Below are positions 40,657-53,635 of a DNA stretch of 64,000 bases, one piece after another. Source of the DNA: Lama guanicoe (taxonomy: Eukaryota); contig MU053994.1 of assembly GCA_013239625.1 (NCBI GenBank), forward strand, positions 3,601,589 through 3,665,588, in the 5' to 3' direction. The first letter of the stretch is position 1. Every line of letters starts with the position of its first letter. The notes under the pieces are model-generated. The model saw only the letters and a program-made list of their open reading frames with translations, made no database searches and was not told where the DNA came from. Both the position numbers and the translations under genes were made by a program.

Positions 40657-43026
40657 ACGGAGTTCTTCAAGTTTGTTTTCAAAATTTACACCAAATCCAT
40701 TTATCCCTCTCTTTGAACATTGATAGTGTTTTATATGTATGTGTGTAGGTATACTTCTCTCAGGGTAGCTGTTAAAGACAAAAATAATGCTAATTTAAAG
40801 ACAATCCATTTTCCCCCCAATTAAGGACAATCTTTTTCAATTATTGAATCTTAAAGAATACCTAGAATAGTGTTATGCACAATTAAGTTTGCGATAAATA
40901 TTTGTTGGCTTGAATAGGCAATGTTCAGTCATTTCAGGTCAGTGAGGAGGAAAGCACGTAGCCAGGGAAGAAGGGAGAAATAATCAAGGCTGAATAGGAA
41001 GCTATTGTTATAACTGAGAAAGAGGAAAAACATTTGAGCCTCAACCAGGGTGGTGGCAGTGGGAATGAAAAGGATAGGATGGATATAAATGCCCAAGCAA
41101 AGATGAATTATAGGAGAAGGAAGAGAAAGGTATAGAAATAACACCAAGGCCTGGGGCCCGGGTGACTGGGAGAATGGTGGTATTACGAATGAAAACAAGG
41201 AACTCAGGGGAGGAGTGGTTTGGGCAAAAGGGTAGGGTGAGGTAGGAGGTAATGAGTTCAGTGTTTTCGGTACTGAGCAGAGGTGTGAGTGGAACCAGGT
41301 GGAGGGGCACAGCAGGTGGGTGGACATGTGGCACCATGGCCTTGGAGGGCCACCAACTTGGAGGTGATGATTGCAACTGAAAGAATGAAAGAGATTTCCC
41401 AAAAAGATACCAGGCAGAGTGAAAGAAAAGGGTGGGGAAATAGATCCTACAAACGCCCATGTGCAAAGAGCATTGCCACATGGGACTCTGTTTTGTGACA
41501 AGATTTGCTGACATAGATCACTAGCACTTAGCTGTCTGTTTCATTGAAGCTGCTGAGATGATCTGTCTGGCTGTGAGTTTTCTCTCCTTCACCTAAGCTC
41601 TTAAACTAGAGGACAGGAAACTATTTCCAAAGCCTTGGGAGCTTGCCTTTCAGAAAGCACCAGATAAAGTAGTTATTTTTTAACCAGCAAGCAAGACAAA
41701 ATGTACAAACACTAGAGATAATGAACTAATTCTTCTGCATATCAGAGCTAAGTGTACTTTGAACTTGGAGTGGAGAGCAAGGAGAAATACATAATTGGGA
41801 TGAGAAATACATAACTTGGATAAGAAATGGGAAAAATAGTCCTTGGGAATTCTTTAAGTGGAGCCAACCCAGAAACTCTTAGCCTTTTTAAAGAAACTTG
41901 AGAAAGCCTCCTACACAGACTCAAGAAACACTTATTAAGCATCTATTATGCTCCAGGCTGTGTGATCAATTTTTTCACATTTAATTACCACCCCCTACCC
42001 CCCTCAAAAAACCACCTGTGAAACAGGTATTCTCTTCATTTACAGAAAAGTGTATCCTGGGCATTTTTTAGATTGTCAACCCTGACTTATCTCTGTTGGC
42101 ACCACTGCAAAGGGGCACTGGATGTTGCTCTCAGTGCTCCTACCAAATGGTAGGTTGTACTATACCAGAGCCCTCAATTGCTGGGTCTGTCCTAGGAGGG
42201 CCATCTGATTGGCTGAGCTTGGGCATGTGCCCATGCCCTAGCCATCACAGCTGGGCTTTGTGACTCTTGTGGTCGCTTTCTCCAAGGTTCACACAATGGG
42301 ACCCCTTGTCCTTTGCCAAATGTGAAAGGGGATCAGATGTTCAGAAGCCTCTAAACCATCAATAAAAATCTACTACAATGACTGTATGTCAAAGGACCCT
42401 GGAGTTGAATTCAAACCCAGGTCTTCTGAAGGTGATTAATCTTTCCACTGTACTATAGCTGTTTTGCTGCAACTATTTGAAAGGCAACAGAATTTGTTTC
42501 CCTCCCTTTTACAAAACTCCATATAATTAACAAAAAATTTTTCTAGGTGCTTTTTATGTACCAGAGTCTATACTAGGTACTGTGTATACACTGTTTAATA
42601 TTTATAAAAGTTTTTGGGGGAGAGGTAGTATAGGGATTAATTAGTATCCTGATTAAGAAAACTAAGGTTTAGAGAGGTTATAAAAATTGGCCAGATTGTC
42701 TGTAAATAAGGGGTTTTGTCCATCAGATTACAAAGTTAATTACAAAGTTAACGTGATTGCATCATCAGGGGCTGGGGCTGAGTAAGGGTTGCAGTTTTAT
42801 TTATCTTTGCTTTTTCTCCTATTGCCAGCTCCTTCATTCAGTGACTGGCACATAACGGGCTCTCCATCAGTGTCTGTTGAATGAATGAGAGGTCTGGCTG
42901 AGCTAAGTGCAGGGGGTAGGGATGATTTTGGGACTGGAGGTCAGAGGAAATCATGCAATAAGGTAGAATTATCGCTCATTAAATTAAAAGAAGGAAGACA
43001 AATAAGTTAAGAGGTAAGGCACATTT

Positions 43027-43247
43027 CTCTCTTTAAGACCCTGATTTTAATTCCTTTAGACACATACAAGGTAGCAGGATTACTGGATAATATGGTAGTT
43101 TTATTTGTGCTTTGAGGAGAAACTTTTGGAGGTGATGGGTAGGTTGATGGCATGGATGTATACTTATCTCTAGATTTACCCAGTTGTATATATTAATTAT
43201 GTACAACTTTTTGCATGTCAAAAAAATTAAGAAAAAGTAAAGAAAAA
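43027..43247 (+). mobile_element. Short 5'-inverted L1 insertion (L1MB-like)
   Basis: About 43027-43115 is antisense ORF2 end, about 43116-43247 is sense 3' terminus with A tail; TSD aagaggtaaggcacattt (43009-43026) / aagagttaagatacattt (43248-43265), 15/18. Confidence 0.8.
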
Positions 43248-44089
43248 AAGAGTTAAGATACATTTAGAAAGCTTACACTGTGGGGGTTCCACTTTGGAAT
43301 ATCAAAGATCCCTTGCCTTAGATCTGGACATCTCTGAGGTGTAACTCACACTCTGAGGGTCTCCTGCAGCGTCAGAATACAGCTACTGTCTGAGGGACCA
43401 AACCAAAAACAGCCCCCTAGCTTGGCTTCCTCCTCATCTCTGTCTTGCTTCCCTCACGCCATTCCTGGCTTTGCTGGAGAGCAAGTTCTTATTGAATCAA
43501 TTGTGCACAAAACCTCAATTCTGAGTAACACAACCTAAGCTTGGGGGCTATTCTAGGACAGTATGCCTGGGCACTGATGGACACTCAATAAGCACTTATT
43601 GAATGAATGAACAAATGAATGAATCCTAGAGCTGTGCTTCTCCCCCACACCAGATATCCATATGATCATAAAGTCTTAAAGGCTCTCCCTTCCTTACATT
43701 CTGTACCTCTTTCCTTAGAATAGACCTGCCTTCCTCCTTACCTCCTTTTAGTGATTTTCCAGTCCTCTTTAGTCTACCCCCTGCATTGCTGCTACCAATT
43801 CTGCATTAACTCTGAAGTTCAGATCATCTGTCACTCATTTTCTTAAACTCCTTCTGTAATTTTCCCTAACTTGCAAGGTCAAGGAAAATTTCTTTGCTGA
43901 TCTGGCACTTGCTTGCCCATCTACCTCACCTCTCCCTACTCCCCTGTGCCAGGCCTGCCCTTTGCTCCAGGCACACTGAACTGCCTATAGTTTCTGGAGC
44001 GTGCCAGCCTTAGACTGTAGCATTTATAGCTGCCCATATAATGTTTCTTTATTTTCTTGAAATGCCCTCCTTTGAGTTCTCATCTGGAT

Positions 44090-44962
44090 GGCTTCTTTGA
44101 AAGGATGTTTCCTAAGGTCAGTGTTTTAGATTTCTCCTGGCACCAGGAGAGCTCTTCTCAGCTGTCTCTGTCCCCATTTCTCACCAGCAAACTAGCTGGC
44201 CTACAATTTAGCCTACATATTCAATGAATCTCCTCCCAGTTGTCTCTCAGCACAACTTCCACTGTTTTTGAGAGAACCTTTAGGCTTGAACTTCTCCACT
44301 CTCTGTTTCAAATGAAGTCAGTTCCTCTGGGGTGGGATTTGGAACTCTCTGTTCTATGGCCTGCTCCCCCCTGCCCCAGAGGCAAAATCTCTTAGGGTTC
44401 TGGTGCTGGGGTTAGAGTTAATGGCTTGCTTGTCTCTGAGTGACACCTTTGCTCTGGGAAATGAATGCTTGATGGATGGAGGGGTGGAAGCAGCCCCAGT
44501 CTCCCAGGCTGATCTCTATTGATCTGGAAACCCTGCTCCATGATCTGGGGCAAGGACAATTGGAAACCCAGTATTTTCAGTGGCAAGGAGCCCAAAGTAG
44601 AGCCTCTATCACATGAGTGGGGGCTGGGAAGAAGAAGGGAGCCCCCACTTCTGTTTCACTTGCCTGAAAATTAATCTCAGCAATAGGAGTTCTGTGTTCT
44701 TGGCTGTACTAGACTGGAGCAGTTTCTGTCTTACTTAATTGGGATGGAGGAGGGAGGGCACATACTTTTCTTCATATACCACAGAATCTTACAGTTCTTA
44801 CCAAGTTTTAGTGGATTTTCTTGAATAAGTGTTTCTTCATTTGCTGTACATTCATAGGGCCATTTCCAGAGATATTAAATGGTTGTTTTAAAAATAATTT
44901 TCACCAGTTTAGCTGGGGAGCAGGTCCATAGAATTACTTGGGTTGTCATGTCAGAAGTTGAA
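44090..44962 (-). mobile_element. L1 5'UTR-only fragment (L1MC-like, related to 10851-11700)
   Basis: gtttcttcatttgctgt, ccatttccagaga, aaatggtt, aattttcaccagttt mirror 10890-10985; aaactagctggcctacaatttagcc mirrors 11646-11670. Confidence 0.7.
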
Positions 44963-45998
44963 TGCCTCCAATAATTTCATTCCTGAATATAGATTCTGGC
45001 TGTATCAATTTCTACAGTCATCTACCTTAGTGTTGTCCTCTAATTAGCACTTGTGGAGAAATGTTAAATCAAAGTCCTCTATTAGTTAGGACCATCTGTA
45101 ACTTTAAAAATGGAAAAAAAGATCAAACTGGGTTTTAAAGCACATTTCAAGACTGTGAACAATTTTAGAATTTTTAATTGAAAATATATAGCATAGTGGA
45201 CTTTCTAATAGTTTGTAAAGCCAGGCAAAAATCTGTATTTGCTCTCTCCCTTCCAACTCTGAGCCTGTGTTTGAAATTCCTCTTTTTCCCACTTGGTCAC
45301 AATGATGGTGGTCCAGTTTCTGGTTGGAACTTAGCTGCTATGGGCATCATGCCTTTGAGCATCTGCTGCTGAGATATTTGCTCTCTCACCCATAGGTCCA
45401 TGTAACCTGCGGCCACATATCACTCTGTGTATCTGAACCAACTGAGTTACATTTTGCCCTGAGCCTTTGCCAGTCATGCGAGGGGCAACAGGTGGGTAGA
45501 AAGGTTGCTTTCACCTCCCAAGGGCTAAGTCTTGTTCATTCCAGAGTTTCTAAGATTGCCTTCAAGAGTTTAGTTTCAGGGGAGCTATTTCATGGGTCAC
45601 TGCTTTAGTTGTCACACACACGAGTGCCTCCACATAGGCCAAGTCTCTGTTATTTAGCAGCAATAAACCTCTTCACAAATAAAGAACAATTGTATTCATG
45701 TCAGTTACTAATTCTCTGTATTAATTAAGCCTATGAAAAACTGCAGAACTGAAATCCACACACAACCCCTCCTACAAATAAATTTAATTATTAACTCCTT
45801 TTTGCCCCTTCATTAAATCTTCTTACTTGGGTCCACTAACTTGGGCGGACAAGAGATATTACTTTGCATCCTTTAATTTTTCTAAAATCAGTTGAAACCT
45901 GACCCTATTCTCCATCCTGCCTCGGCTATGGGAAATACTATCTCAGGTATGACGAAGTGTTGTGTGTCCCTCCCTTGGGTTGTACTGAACCCTGGCTT

Positions 45999-46362
45999 GC
46001 TTTGATTGATTGATTGGTTGATTGCAGTTTTTTAAAAAAATTGAAGTATAGTCGATTTACAATGTTGTGTTAATTTCTGGTATACAGCATAGTTCTTTAG
46101 TTATACATATATATATTCCCTTTCATATTATTTTTCATTATAGTCTATTATAAGGTATTGAATGTAGTTCCCTGTGCTCTACAGTAGGACCTTGATTATC
46201 TGGTTTTGTGAAGATTTTCCCTGTAGTTCCACTTGTACAAGATCTTCACCTAGAGTTTAGCAGATATTCTGTGAGAATTGTTCCACATGTAGATGTATTT
46301 TTGATGTATTTGTGCAAGAGAGTGAGCTCTGCATCCTTCTATTCTGCCATCTTGAAGCCCCT
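45999..46362 (-). mobile_element. Mini-L1: about 160 nt of 5' end fused to about 180 nt of 3'UTR plus tail
   Basis: Minus strand aggggcttcaagatggcagaatagaagg...cacaaaaccAG|ataatcaaggtcctactgtagagcacaggg...cttcaattttttt-aaaaaa-(CAAT)n; TSD ctgaaccctggctt (45985-45998) / ctgaagcctggctt (46363-46376). Confidence 0.88.
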
Positions 46363-47331
46363 CTGAAGCCTGGCTTTTTGCTCACCTGATTACTTCTGTG
46401 TCGATGTTTAAACCTTGGCTGCTTCCAGGTCAATCAGCCACTGGGGGGTCTTTGCTGGGGCATCTGGTGCAGCGGTGTGTCTGTGTGTGGTTCCCCAGCC
46501 TCCTAGAGGGTCCTGGCTTCCCTCGTTGAGGTACTCCCCAAGTTCGCGTTCGGGGTTCCATCCCAGACTCAGAGATGCCATCTCCTCTGATTTAGCTGCT
46601 TCCACTCTTGGAACCCCACCTCCAACACAAGGGGAGGGGCTTGTCCCTTTCTCTTCTTTTTGATGGCCTAACTTAATTGCCTCAGTGATCTAAAGGCTCT
46701 GAAAACAAAAGCCAAAAGTTGTACACCACTCCTACCCTGCTTTCTGCCATGTAACAGCACCTCCCCCCGTTGCCGGCAATCTCCCCATCCCTGCAGGCAA
46801 AGGAATGCAAAAGCTTTCGTTTTTCCTTTGGGAAAGGGACAAATTCATTGAAAACGATCAAATTAGTTTATCCAGAAATATTCCTTCCCTGGTTACTAAT
46901 AGATGATATGGACTGCTTTCTCCTCAGCTTGCCTACTCTCTAGGGGTTTCTTAGTGAGACGGGTAAAGGAAGAGAGAAAGAAGTAAAGAAGTTTTGAGAA
47001 CTAAGCTAATTTAACCTACTAGATGAATGATGGGTTACTGAGTTGGTAATCAATAGCAAGCCGTATGTGCAGTGATACCAGGTGGAAATTACATTTGGAA
47101 ATACTTCAGATTCCTTTCCTCCCTCTCCCCACAACCCTGGTGGCCACACTGACCCTCTATGTCCCTTCAAGTGTTTGGTTTTTGCCTTAAAGTACTAGGT
47201 GTACATTCAGAGTGGTAGCTCAGAGGTCCTTTTTAAAAGACTCTTTAAAAGTCTTCTCCACCAGCTGACTGATTCCTGCAATTCCACTATTAGAGCTACA
47301 CATCTTTTAAGCAGAAATAGCCTAAGAGGGT

Positions 47332-47760
47332 TGTATTCGTTTCCTAGAGCTGCTTTATCAAAGTACCACAAATTCAACCACAGAAATGTATTCTCTCTCA
47401 GTTCTGGAGGTGGAAATTCTGAAATCAAAATGTCTACAGGGCCATGGTCCCTCTGAAGGCTCTGCAGGAAACTTTGTGGGCGCCTTTCTCCCAGCTCCTG
47501 ATGGTTGCCTGCAATTCTTGGCATCCTTTGGCTTGCAGCTGCATCACTTGAATCTCCGTCTCTTTCTTTCCAGTCTGTCTCTTTCCAAATCACTCTCTCC
47601 TTCTAAGGATATCAGTCTTGGATTTAGGGCCCGCTCTAATCCCATATGACTTCATCTTAATTCCATCTGCAAAGACCTTATTTTCAAATAAAGTTGTATT
47701 CACAGATGCTAAGGGTTAGGACTTGGACAAATCTTTTGAGGGGATGTAGTTGACTTCATA
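47332..47760 (-). mobile_element. MaLR solo LTR (MLT1C/D-like)
   Basis: tgtattcgtttcctagagctgct...gttgacttcata; perfect TSD agggt (47327-47331 / 47761-47765). Confidence 0.92.
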
Positions 47761-47799
47761 AGGGTTTGCACTAAAGTATTTCCAGTTACTTATAGATGA

Positions 47800-48329
47800 G
47801 GTAGACTGAAAAAAAATGTGCCACCTGAAAGTTGAGAATTATGCTTCATGTGGTGGACTTTTTTAGGACTCAAGCCTAGAAGGCAGCCTCTCAGATAGCT
47901 CTGAAGGACTGCTCCAGAGTGGTCAGGGAGGAGCCAGAATATATGGAGTTTTCCAACAAAAACCAGGTAGTAGGGATATCAAAAGATTACTGTTAATTAA
48001 AGAAAACCAGGCATCTCAAGTTAATGAACTCAACACTTTTCTATGTATGGGAAGATGCAAGAGTCTGGGCTCACTGAAATCGTTACTTTGATATGTACCT
48101 TAGTCATCTAGGGCCAGTATCCTGTTCTTTCCCATCCTGAGTCCCCTTGGGGTGCACCGTTGGGGGTGGCTGCAGTGGCTGAGGGCTTGGCAGTGGGCAG
48201 CCCATTTGGGTCCATCCCGAGTTCCCTCAGACTCACCCCCGGAGGTGGGGGATGAGCGTAGTGGCTGATGGCTTGATGGCCCTGGCGTCCTTTGTTTGCT
48301 GATATGGCAGGCAACAATTTTCATTTACA
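47800..48329 (-). mobile_element. ERV1 solo LTR, MER41-like (copy 2 of 3)
   Basis: Aligns end to end with copies 1 and 3; ends ttttcatttaca; 4-bp TSD atga/atta. Confidence 0.88.
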
Positions 48330-48870
48330 ATTAGTATGAAGCGAGCATTTCTGGCAGGCTTTCTTTGAGAAGGAATTTTCATAATCTCAGGGACATGATG
48401 GTGGGAGGTGGGGTAGAGAGCAGAGCCTGGCGGTGTGCTGCTTACTGCACATGAGTGCTGAGGGGCGGGTCTGCCGTGGTCCAGTGATTTCTCTGCCACT
48501 TTGATCGTAACGAGGAAGAAGAGGCTGAGAAGACAAAGGAGCTGTAACTGGACAAAGAAACAGGAATTAAGCAACCCTGCTGGAATTCTCGGTGTGTCCA
48601 AAGGAAAAGAAGGCTTGGTATAAAGATCCATGATTTGAGTAAAATGCCTCTCTCTAATTTGAACAGTTTTGAGAGGAGACTGAAATCTTACATTCATAAG
48701 ATTTAAAATTTTGCCTTATCTTTTCTTCATCTTTGGTTGTTTCATAATTGAACTACTAAAAGTTTGGCTTTTGGTTTTCTTTAATGGGATTTGTTTTATA
48801 ATCCTAAGGAACCATTGGGTTTGTTACTGCTTTCCAAATGTATCCATCTTTATTTGATGATTAGAAAAAC

Positions 48871-49295
48871 TGTCAAGATAAAGTGTCAAAGACAAAACTA
48901 AGTCCGAGGCACAATGAACAAAGGCTGCTTATTCATGAACTTGCAGCGAAGCCTTCTGTAGGTCACTTTGATTTCAGCAGGGGTTCAAAGGTGTTAGAGA
49001 GGAGAGGCAGTTTTACAGCAGGAAATTAAGAAATACTGAGACAGTTTCTAATTGGCAAGCATTCTACTGAAGTGGGATTTTTGGAAGCAAGGGAGACTTT
49101 CTAATTGTTTTTAGATACATCTAGCAGTCCCTGGTTAGTTGCAAGGGGGCAAACTAGCAGCTTGGGGACATTTCAAAAGAAGAAGGATTGTTTAGTGTTG
49201 GGGAGGAGGGTTTCATGTGGCTGGCCATTTCTTGGAACAAGTGGGAACCGATCGGGTACTTTTTTTTCCAGTCAAATTGTCAATGCGGTCCTTAC
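48871..49295 (-). mobile_element. Probable old LTR remnant, family not identified
   Basis: Starts tgtcaa...; LTR-like antisense layout (cttattc, ttttac, taattgg); right end unclear. Confidence 0.4.
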
Positions 49296-49692
49296 TGGGG
49301 ATAGGAGAGGAGCTGCCATGGCAGATAGTTTCCCCAAAGTAGTCAGAGCTATAGATATTAAGTGAGAGCTTTAGATAATACATCCCATTGTACTGGGATG
49401 TAAAGGATAAGACAGACCACTAAATGGCAGTTTGAAACAAAGCTGACTTTATTTGCTTGCCTGGCAACACTCAAATACTAGCTTGGCAAGACTCTTAGCA
49501 GAAGTAAAGATCTATAGATATAGAATGAAAAAGAAGAAAGTACATCAAATGTACAAATGAAGCAAGATTCTGAGTTCTGGTCTCTGGCTGGCTTGTAAGG
49601 AAGATTGGAAACTCTTCCATGTGAAGGGTCATGTTTATGCTTTTCATTTACCAAGTGCCAGGAAACCTAGTTTCAGAAAAGTCCAAGATAGG

Positions 49693-49802
49693 CGGGGTGG
49701 GGGGGAGGCAGGGTATAGCTCAGTGGTAGAGTGCATGCCTAGCATGTACAAGGTCCTGGGTTCAATCCCCAGTACCTCTGTCATAAATAAATAAACAAAC
49801 AA
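49693..49802 (+). mobile_element. tRNA-Ala-derived SINE (Vic-1-like)
   Basis: gggtatagctcagtggtagagtgcatgcctagcatgtacaaggtcctgggttcaatccccagtacctc with intact A and B boxes; perfect 16-bp TSD aaaagtccaagatagg (49677-49692 / 49803-49818). Confidence 0.95.
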
Positions 49803-49999
49803 AAAAGTCCAAGATAGGATGTGTTCAGTTCCAGTGGATTTAGGTTCATCAGTGGAATGCTTATATCTACGTGCAAGAAGCTCTACAAGCTTTTCCTTTA
49901 ACAAGGAAAATATATATCAACATTAAAGAAAACTGAAGCCAAGAAATCATCAATAATCTTACAACCCTATCCTCTCATACAATGTTTTATTTTGGGGTA

Positions 50000-50630
50000 T
50001 GGCTTTTAGGTTTTTGTCCAGTAAACACAAAGTTATTTAATAGTTGCAAACATACTGTACATACTATTTTGTATTTTGCTTTCTGACTTGACAATATACT
50101 AAAATAGTTTTCCATGTTACCACATGTTCTTTATTATTAGGACTTCATGGCTATATAATATTCTCCCAAATGGATATAACATCAGTATTTGTTCACATCT
50201 TCCATTTTTGAACATTTGGTTGTTTCTAATTACCTGTATTTATGTATATAGGGCAGCAGTGAACATCTTTTTGATTCAGGAATTTTTTTCTTCTCTTGAA
50301 TTCTTTCCTTAAGGTTACTTCCTCCAAAGTGAGCATCTGTGTCAAAGGGAAAGCACATCTTCTGATTCAATGTGAGGGGCCAAACTTCTTCCAGGTTCCA
50401 GTGAGCACTCCTTTCACCTCCATCCCACCCTGGAGCAGCAGATGGGTGCTAGTTTTACCCCAACTCTGCCAGCACACATTGTTCTTGCCATTAAAAAATC
50501 TTGCTAATTTAATAGTGTAAAATGGTACTTCAAGATTACTTTAAATTGCATTTCTTTACTTGGGAGGATGAGCATTTTCTCATATCTTTATTTCCTAATG
50601 TCAATTACTTCTTTATATCCTTTGCCCATT
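50000..50630 (-). mobile_element. Ancient L1ME 3' fragment
   Basis: gaacatttggttgtttctaatt, gcagcagtgaacatcttt, ttctttatatcctttgcccattt. Confidence 0.7.
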
Positions 50631-51330
50631 TGAACAAAGATAACACACTGCCCTCCCCTCAATTTATCCCAATCAAGACAATGAAAAGAAATGCTCTTCT
50701 GTTCTTTACCTTCTGCATGGGGTGGCTGTTTACAGCCAAAAACTTTATTTTTAAAACCTTCCTTTCACAGTTCAGGCCCTATAATATAAATAAAGAGTTC
50801 TTTGATACATTTGTCCTTGATGAAAATACAGATTTCTGCTATCAAAAGAGACTTCCAAGAATATTGTAAATGTCTTTAGCGTCTGTTTTTTTCCTCATCC
50901 AAATTAAATGCCAGATTTTAACATCTATGATCTATTTAGTCAAGATGTGTGCCTTCTAGGAATGACTTATACAAATACGTTCCTCTTGAATTTTCTTTGA
51001 TTTGTTACCAATTGCAACCAATTGATCTCGTTGTATCATGGTTCTTCATACCTCTCTTCCCAGTGCCCTTTCTCTACCCAGATGTTGGAATCGTCCACCT
51101 ACACTTTCTGCATCACGGATAGATCAGTGATTAACCGCAAGCTCTTATCCTAAATATTTTCACTTTCCCAAAGACTCTTTGTTTTAGTGGAGATTGATTA
51201 TCCAATATTTCCGTTGTAAGAGGAATGAATGTGTGCAGTCTTGTACATTTAGTCCTATTTTGTGATTTCATATAAATACCATTACTCTACCATTTGCAGG
51301 GCTTGCACCAAAGTTAATGCATAATTTTAC

Positions 51331-51535
51331 CATCAGGCAAATTTTTCTGTAAAGGGCCAGAGAGTAAATATTTTCAGCTCTGCTGGCCACATAAAATCTC
51401 TCCTTCTTCATCATTGCCATTGTCATCTACAATCCTTTAAAAATGTGAAAAAAAACATCGTTAGGTCTGGGCCTTATAAAAACCGATGTAGTAGGAATTT
51501 GGATTTGGCATGTGTCTTGTAGTTGGACATCCCTG
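51331..51535 (+). mobile_element. MER58-like hAT-Charlie MITE
   Basis: ggcaaatttttctgtaaagggccagagagtaaatattttcagct...tgtagttggacatccctg. Confidence 0.85.
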
Positions 51536-52230
51536 ATTTGGAAGAATTCAGGAAAAAAATTAAGATTATTTTTCTTCTTTGTGAGTGAAATGATGCATTA
51601 ATAGGATTAGTTGGCTATTGTTTTTCTTCTCAAACAATAACAAAAAGGTATATTCATGGCAGTGAGGATGGCCCTCATCTGAACGGTTAATATCATTTAT
51701 CTTAACGCAGCTGTTTTTGAGGAGTTGGTGGTATTTTCTTAAAAAAAGAAAAAGCTGCCAGGTAATACTTGGAGCTTGAGTTTGTTTTCTGCACTTCTTC
51801 AGGAAGATCTTGCCATGAGTACCAAAATGAGTACATTTCCTGGTGGTGCACTGGGAAAGCTAGTGATGATCATTGTAAGAATGTGTTTAGAATTGAATTA
51901 AAACAAGGGTACTGGAAGGGCTTCATAACAATGTATTTTTTTCCTGCTTAGATTTGTATCCCCAGAGTGTTAATCAGTTGTGCTTTATATTGGCCAAAAG
52001 GACTTATTGCACAAGTATGCAGATGAAGATCAATTGTACCACTGGAATTTTATCTTATAATACATTTCCCAATAGGTCATATAATGTGGTATCTCCATTA
52101 ATTTTTCTTTTATAATAGTTTATTTGAAATTTTTAAAAGTAACTTCTTACTTATCCAGCAACTCTACTCTGAATAACATGGGTAGGATCCTAGAAATTGG
52201 CCAAAAAAAAAAAAAGCTTATTATGTAGTC

Positions 52231-52563
52231 TGTATCAGTCTGCTCAGGCTGCTGTAACAGAATACCACATCTTAGGTGGCTTAAACAAGAGAAATTAATT
52301 TTTTTACAGTTCTGGAGACTGGAAGTTCAAGATTAAGGTGATTTCTGGTAAGGCATCTCTTATTGGCTTACAGATGACCGTCTTCTTCCTGTGTCTTTAC
52401 GTAGCTTTTTCTCTGTGCACTTAGAGACAGAGGGAGCTCAGTCTGTGGTCTTTCTCTTATAAGGTCACAGTCCTTTTGGATTAGGGCTCCAGATATAGTC
52501 ACATTGGCGCTTAGGGCTTCACTATATGAGTTTGGGGGAGGGGACACTATGCAGTCCACAAAG
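52231..52563 (-). mobile_element. MaLR solo LTR (MLT1A-like)
   Basis: tgtatcagtctgctcaggctgctgtaacagaataccac...gggacactatgcagtccac; TSD tagtc/cagtc. Confidence 0.88.
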
Positions 52564-53489
52564 CAGTCAAAACAGATATTACAAAGTTCATTACTAACTC
52601 CTTTGGTCCCTGACTCAGAATCTGTTTATTTCATTCTGTAATCAGTTCTAAGAAATTTTCATTTTACTTCTAAGCCCATACAAAGTTTGAAAAAGCAAAC
52701 TGGAATAAAGGAGAGGAGATGCTAGAGGGAAACATACCGACTGACCACAGGTTGGAAGGGACATTGGACAAAAGACTGCCTGGGATCAGGGGACAACAGG
52801 AAAAATATGAAAAGAAGATTCAACCATCAATTAGCACAATAGCCTGTGGTCATGCAATGCAGAGCTAAGCAGCCCTACAGATTTTGCAAAAACCTGAGGG
52901 CATCACTCACTGGAGCTGTGGGGCAATGAATACAAATAATGACGAAGCCAATAAGAAAAGGTTCCTTGTTTAAGGAGGCAAGAATGTAACACATTATAGG
53001 CAGGATAGTTTAGGACAAGCAAATGTGATTGTTTAGAATGATAAACCCTTTGTTCCTCGGAGAGGTCTTGGGCTATCTTTAGGGTCTTTTCTTTGTTGGA
53101 AGCAGGGTTTGGCGCCCCCATTGCCAGCAAGTTTCAGGACCCACACTACCAGACCGTCCGCGTGTCTGTTCTTCCCTTCTCCCCTCCTCCTCTCTGCCCA
53201 GAGGAATCTTGCTCTAGTCTGAGTCCTGAAATCTTTCTTCATTTTTTTCCCCTCCAATTTTTGTTCTGTATTCCAGAGGCTCTCTGGCTCTCTGTTCTCC
53301 TAGGTCTCAGGGGATTCATATTCTGGAAACTGAAGCCAGGAAGCTTGTAGACTATTTCAGCTTTCAGTCCCTCTCCTTACCCCTCTTGCAGCCAAGGAAT
53401 TCAAAGCTGACTCTGAGCTTAAGTGGGATGGGGGGAGGGGATGAACCCAGGAAAACTAAGAACATGCACACTGTTTCCCAGACTCTTGG

Positions 53490-53635
53490 TAACAGCCCTT
53501 TGAGGTAGACACTGTCATCACTTGTTTTCCAGAGGATGAAACTGAGACTCAAAGAGGTTAAGATGCCTAAGGTCAAACAGCCAGTAGGTGATGAGGTGGT
53601 AGAGCCAGGATTCAAACTCAGTTTTGTCTGCTGCT
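53490..53635 (-). mobile_element. MIR SINE (other MIR pieces near 41930-42060, 42540-42700, 58720-58830, 59250-59560)
   Basis: Core cagaggatgaaactgagactcaaagaggttaag...cctaaggtcaaacagc...gagccaggattcaaactcag. Confidence 0.85.

Larger units (their letters stand above)
38460..41420. mobile_element. Cluster of L2 fragments (minus about 38460-39170, plus about 39640-40915, minus about 40930-41420)
   Basis: cattcatccatctaatatttattg L2 3' end; actactgccttagttcaggtc; taatgagttcagtgttttcggtactg. Confidence 0.65.

Noticed and set aside
40929..41514. Overlapping 190-aa and 157-aa minus-strand ORFs
   Set aside because: They lie in a decayed L2 whose pyrimidine-rich strand is poor in stop codons.
49711..49780. 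tRNA-Ala gene (also at 6774, 13810, 19826)
   Set aside because: Each has an A-rich tail, a TSD and stem mismatches, so these are SINE heads and not tRNA genes.
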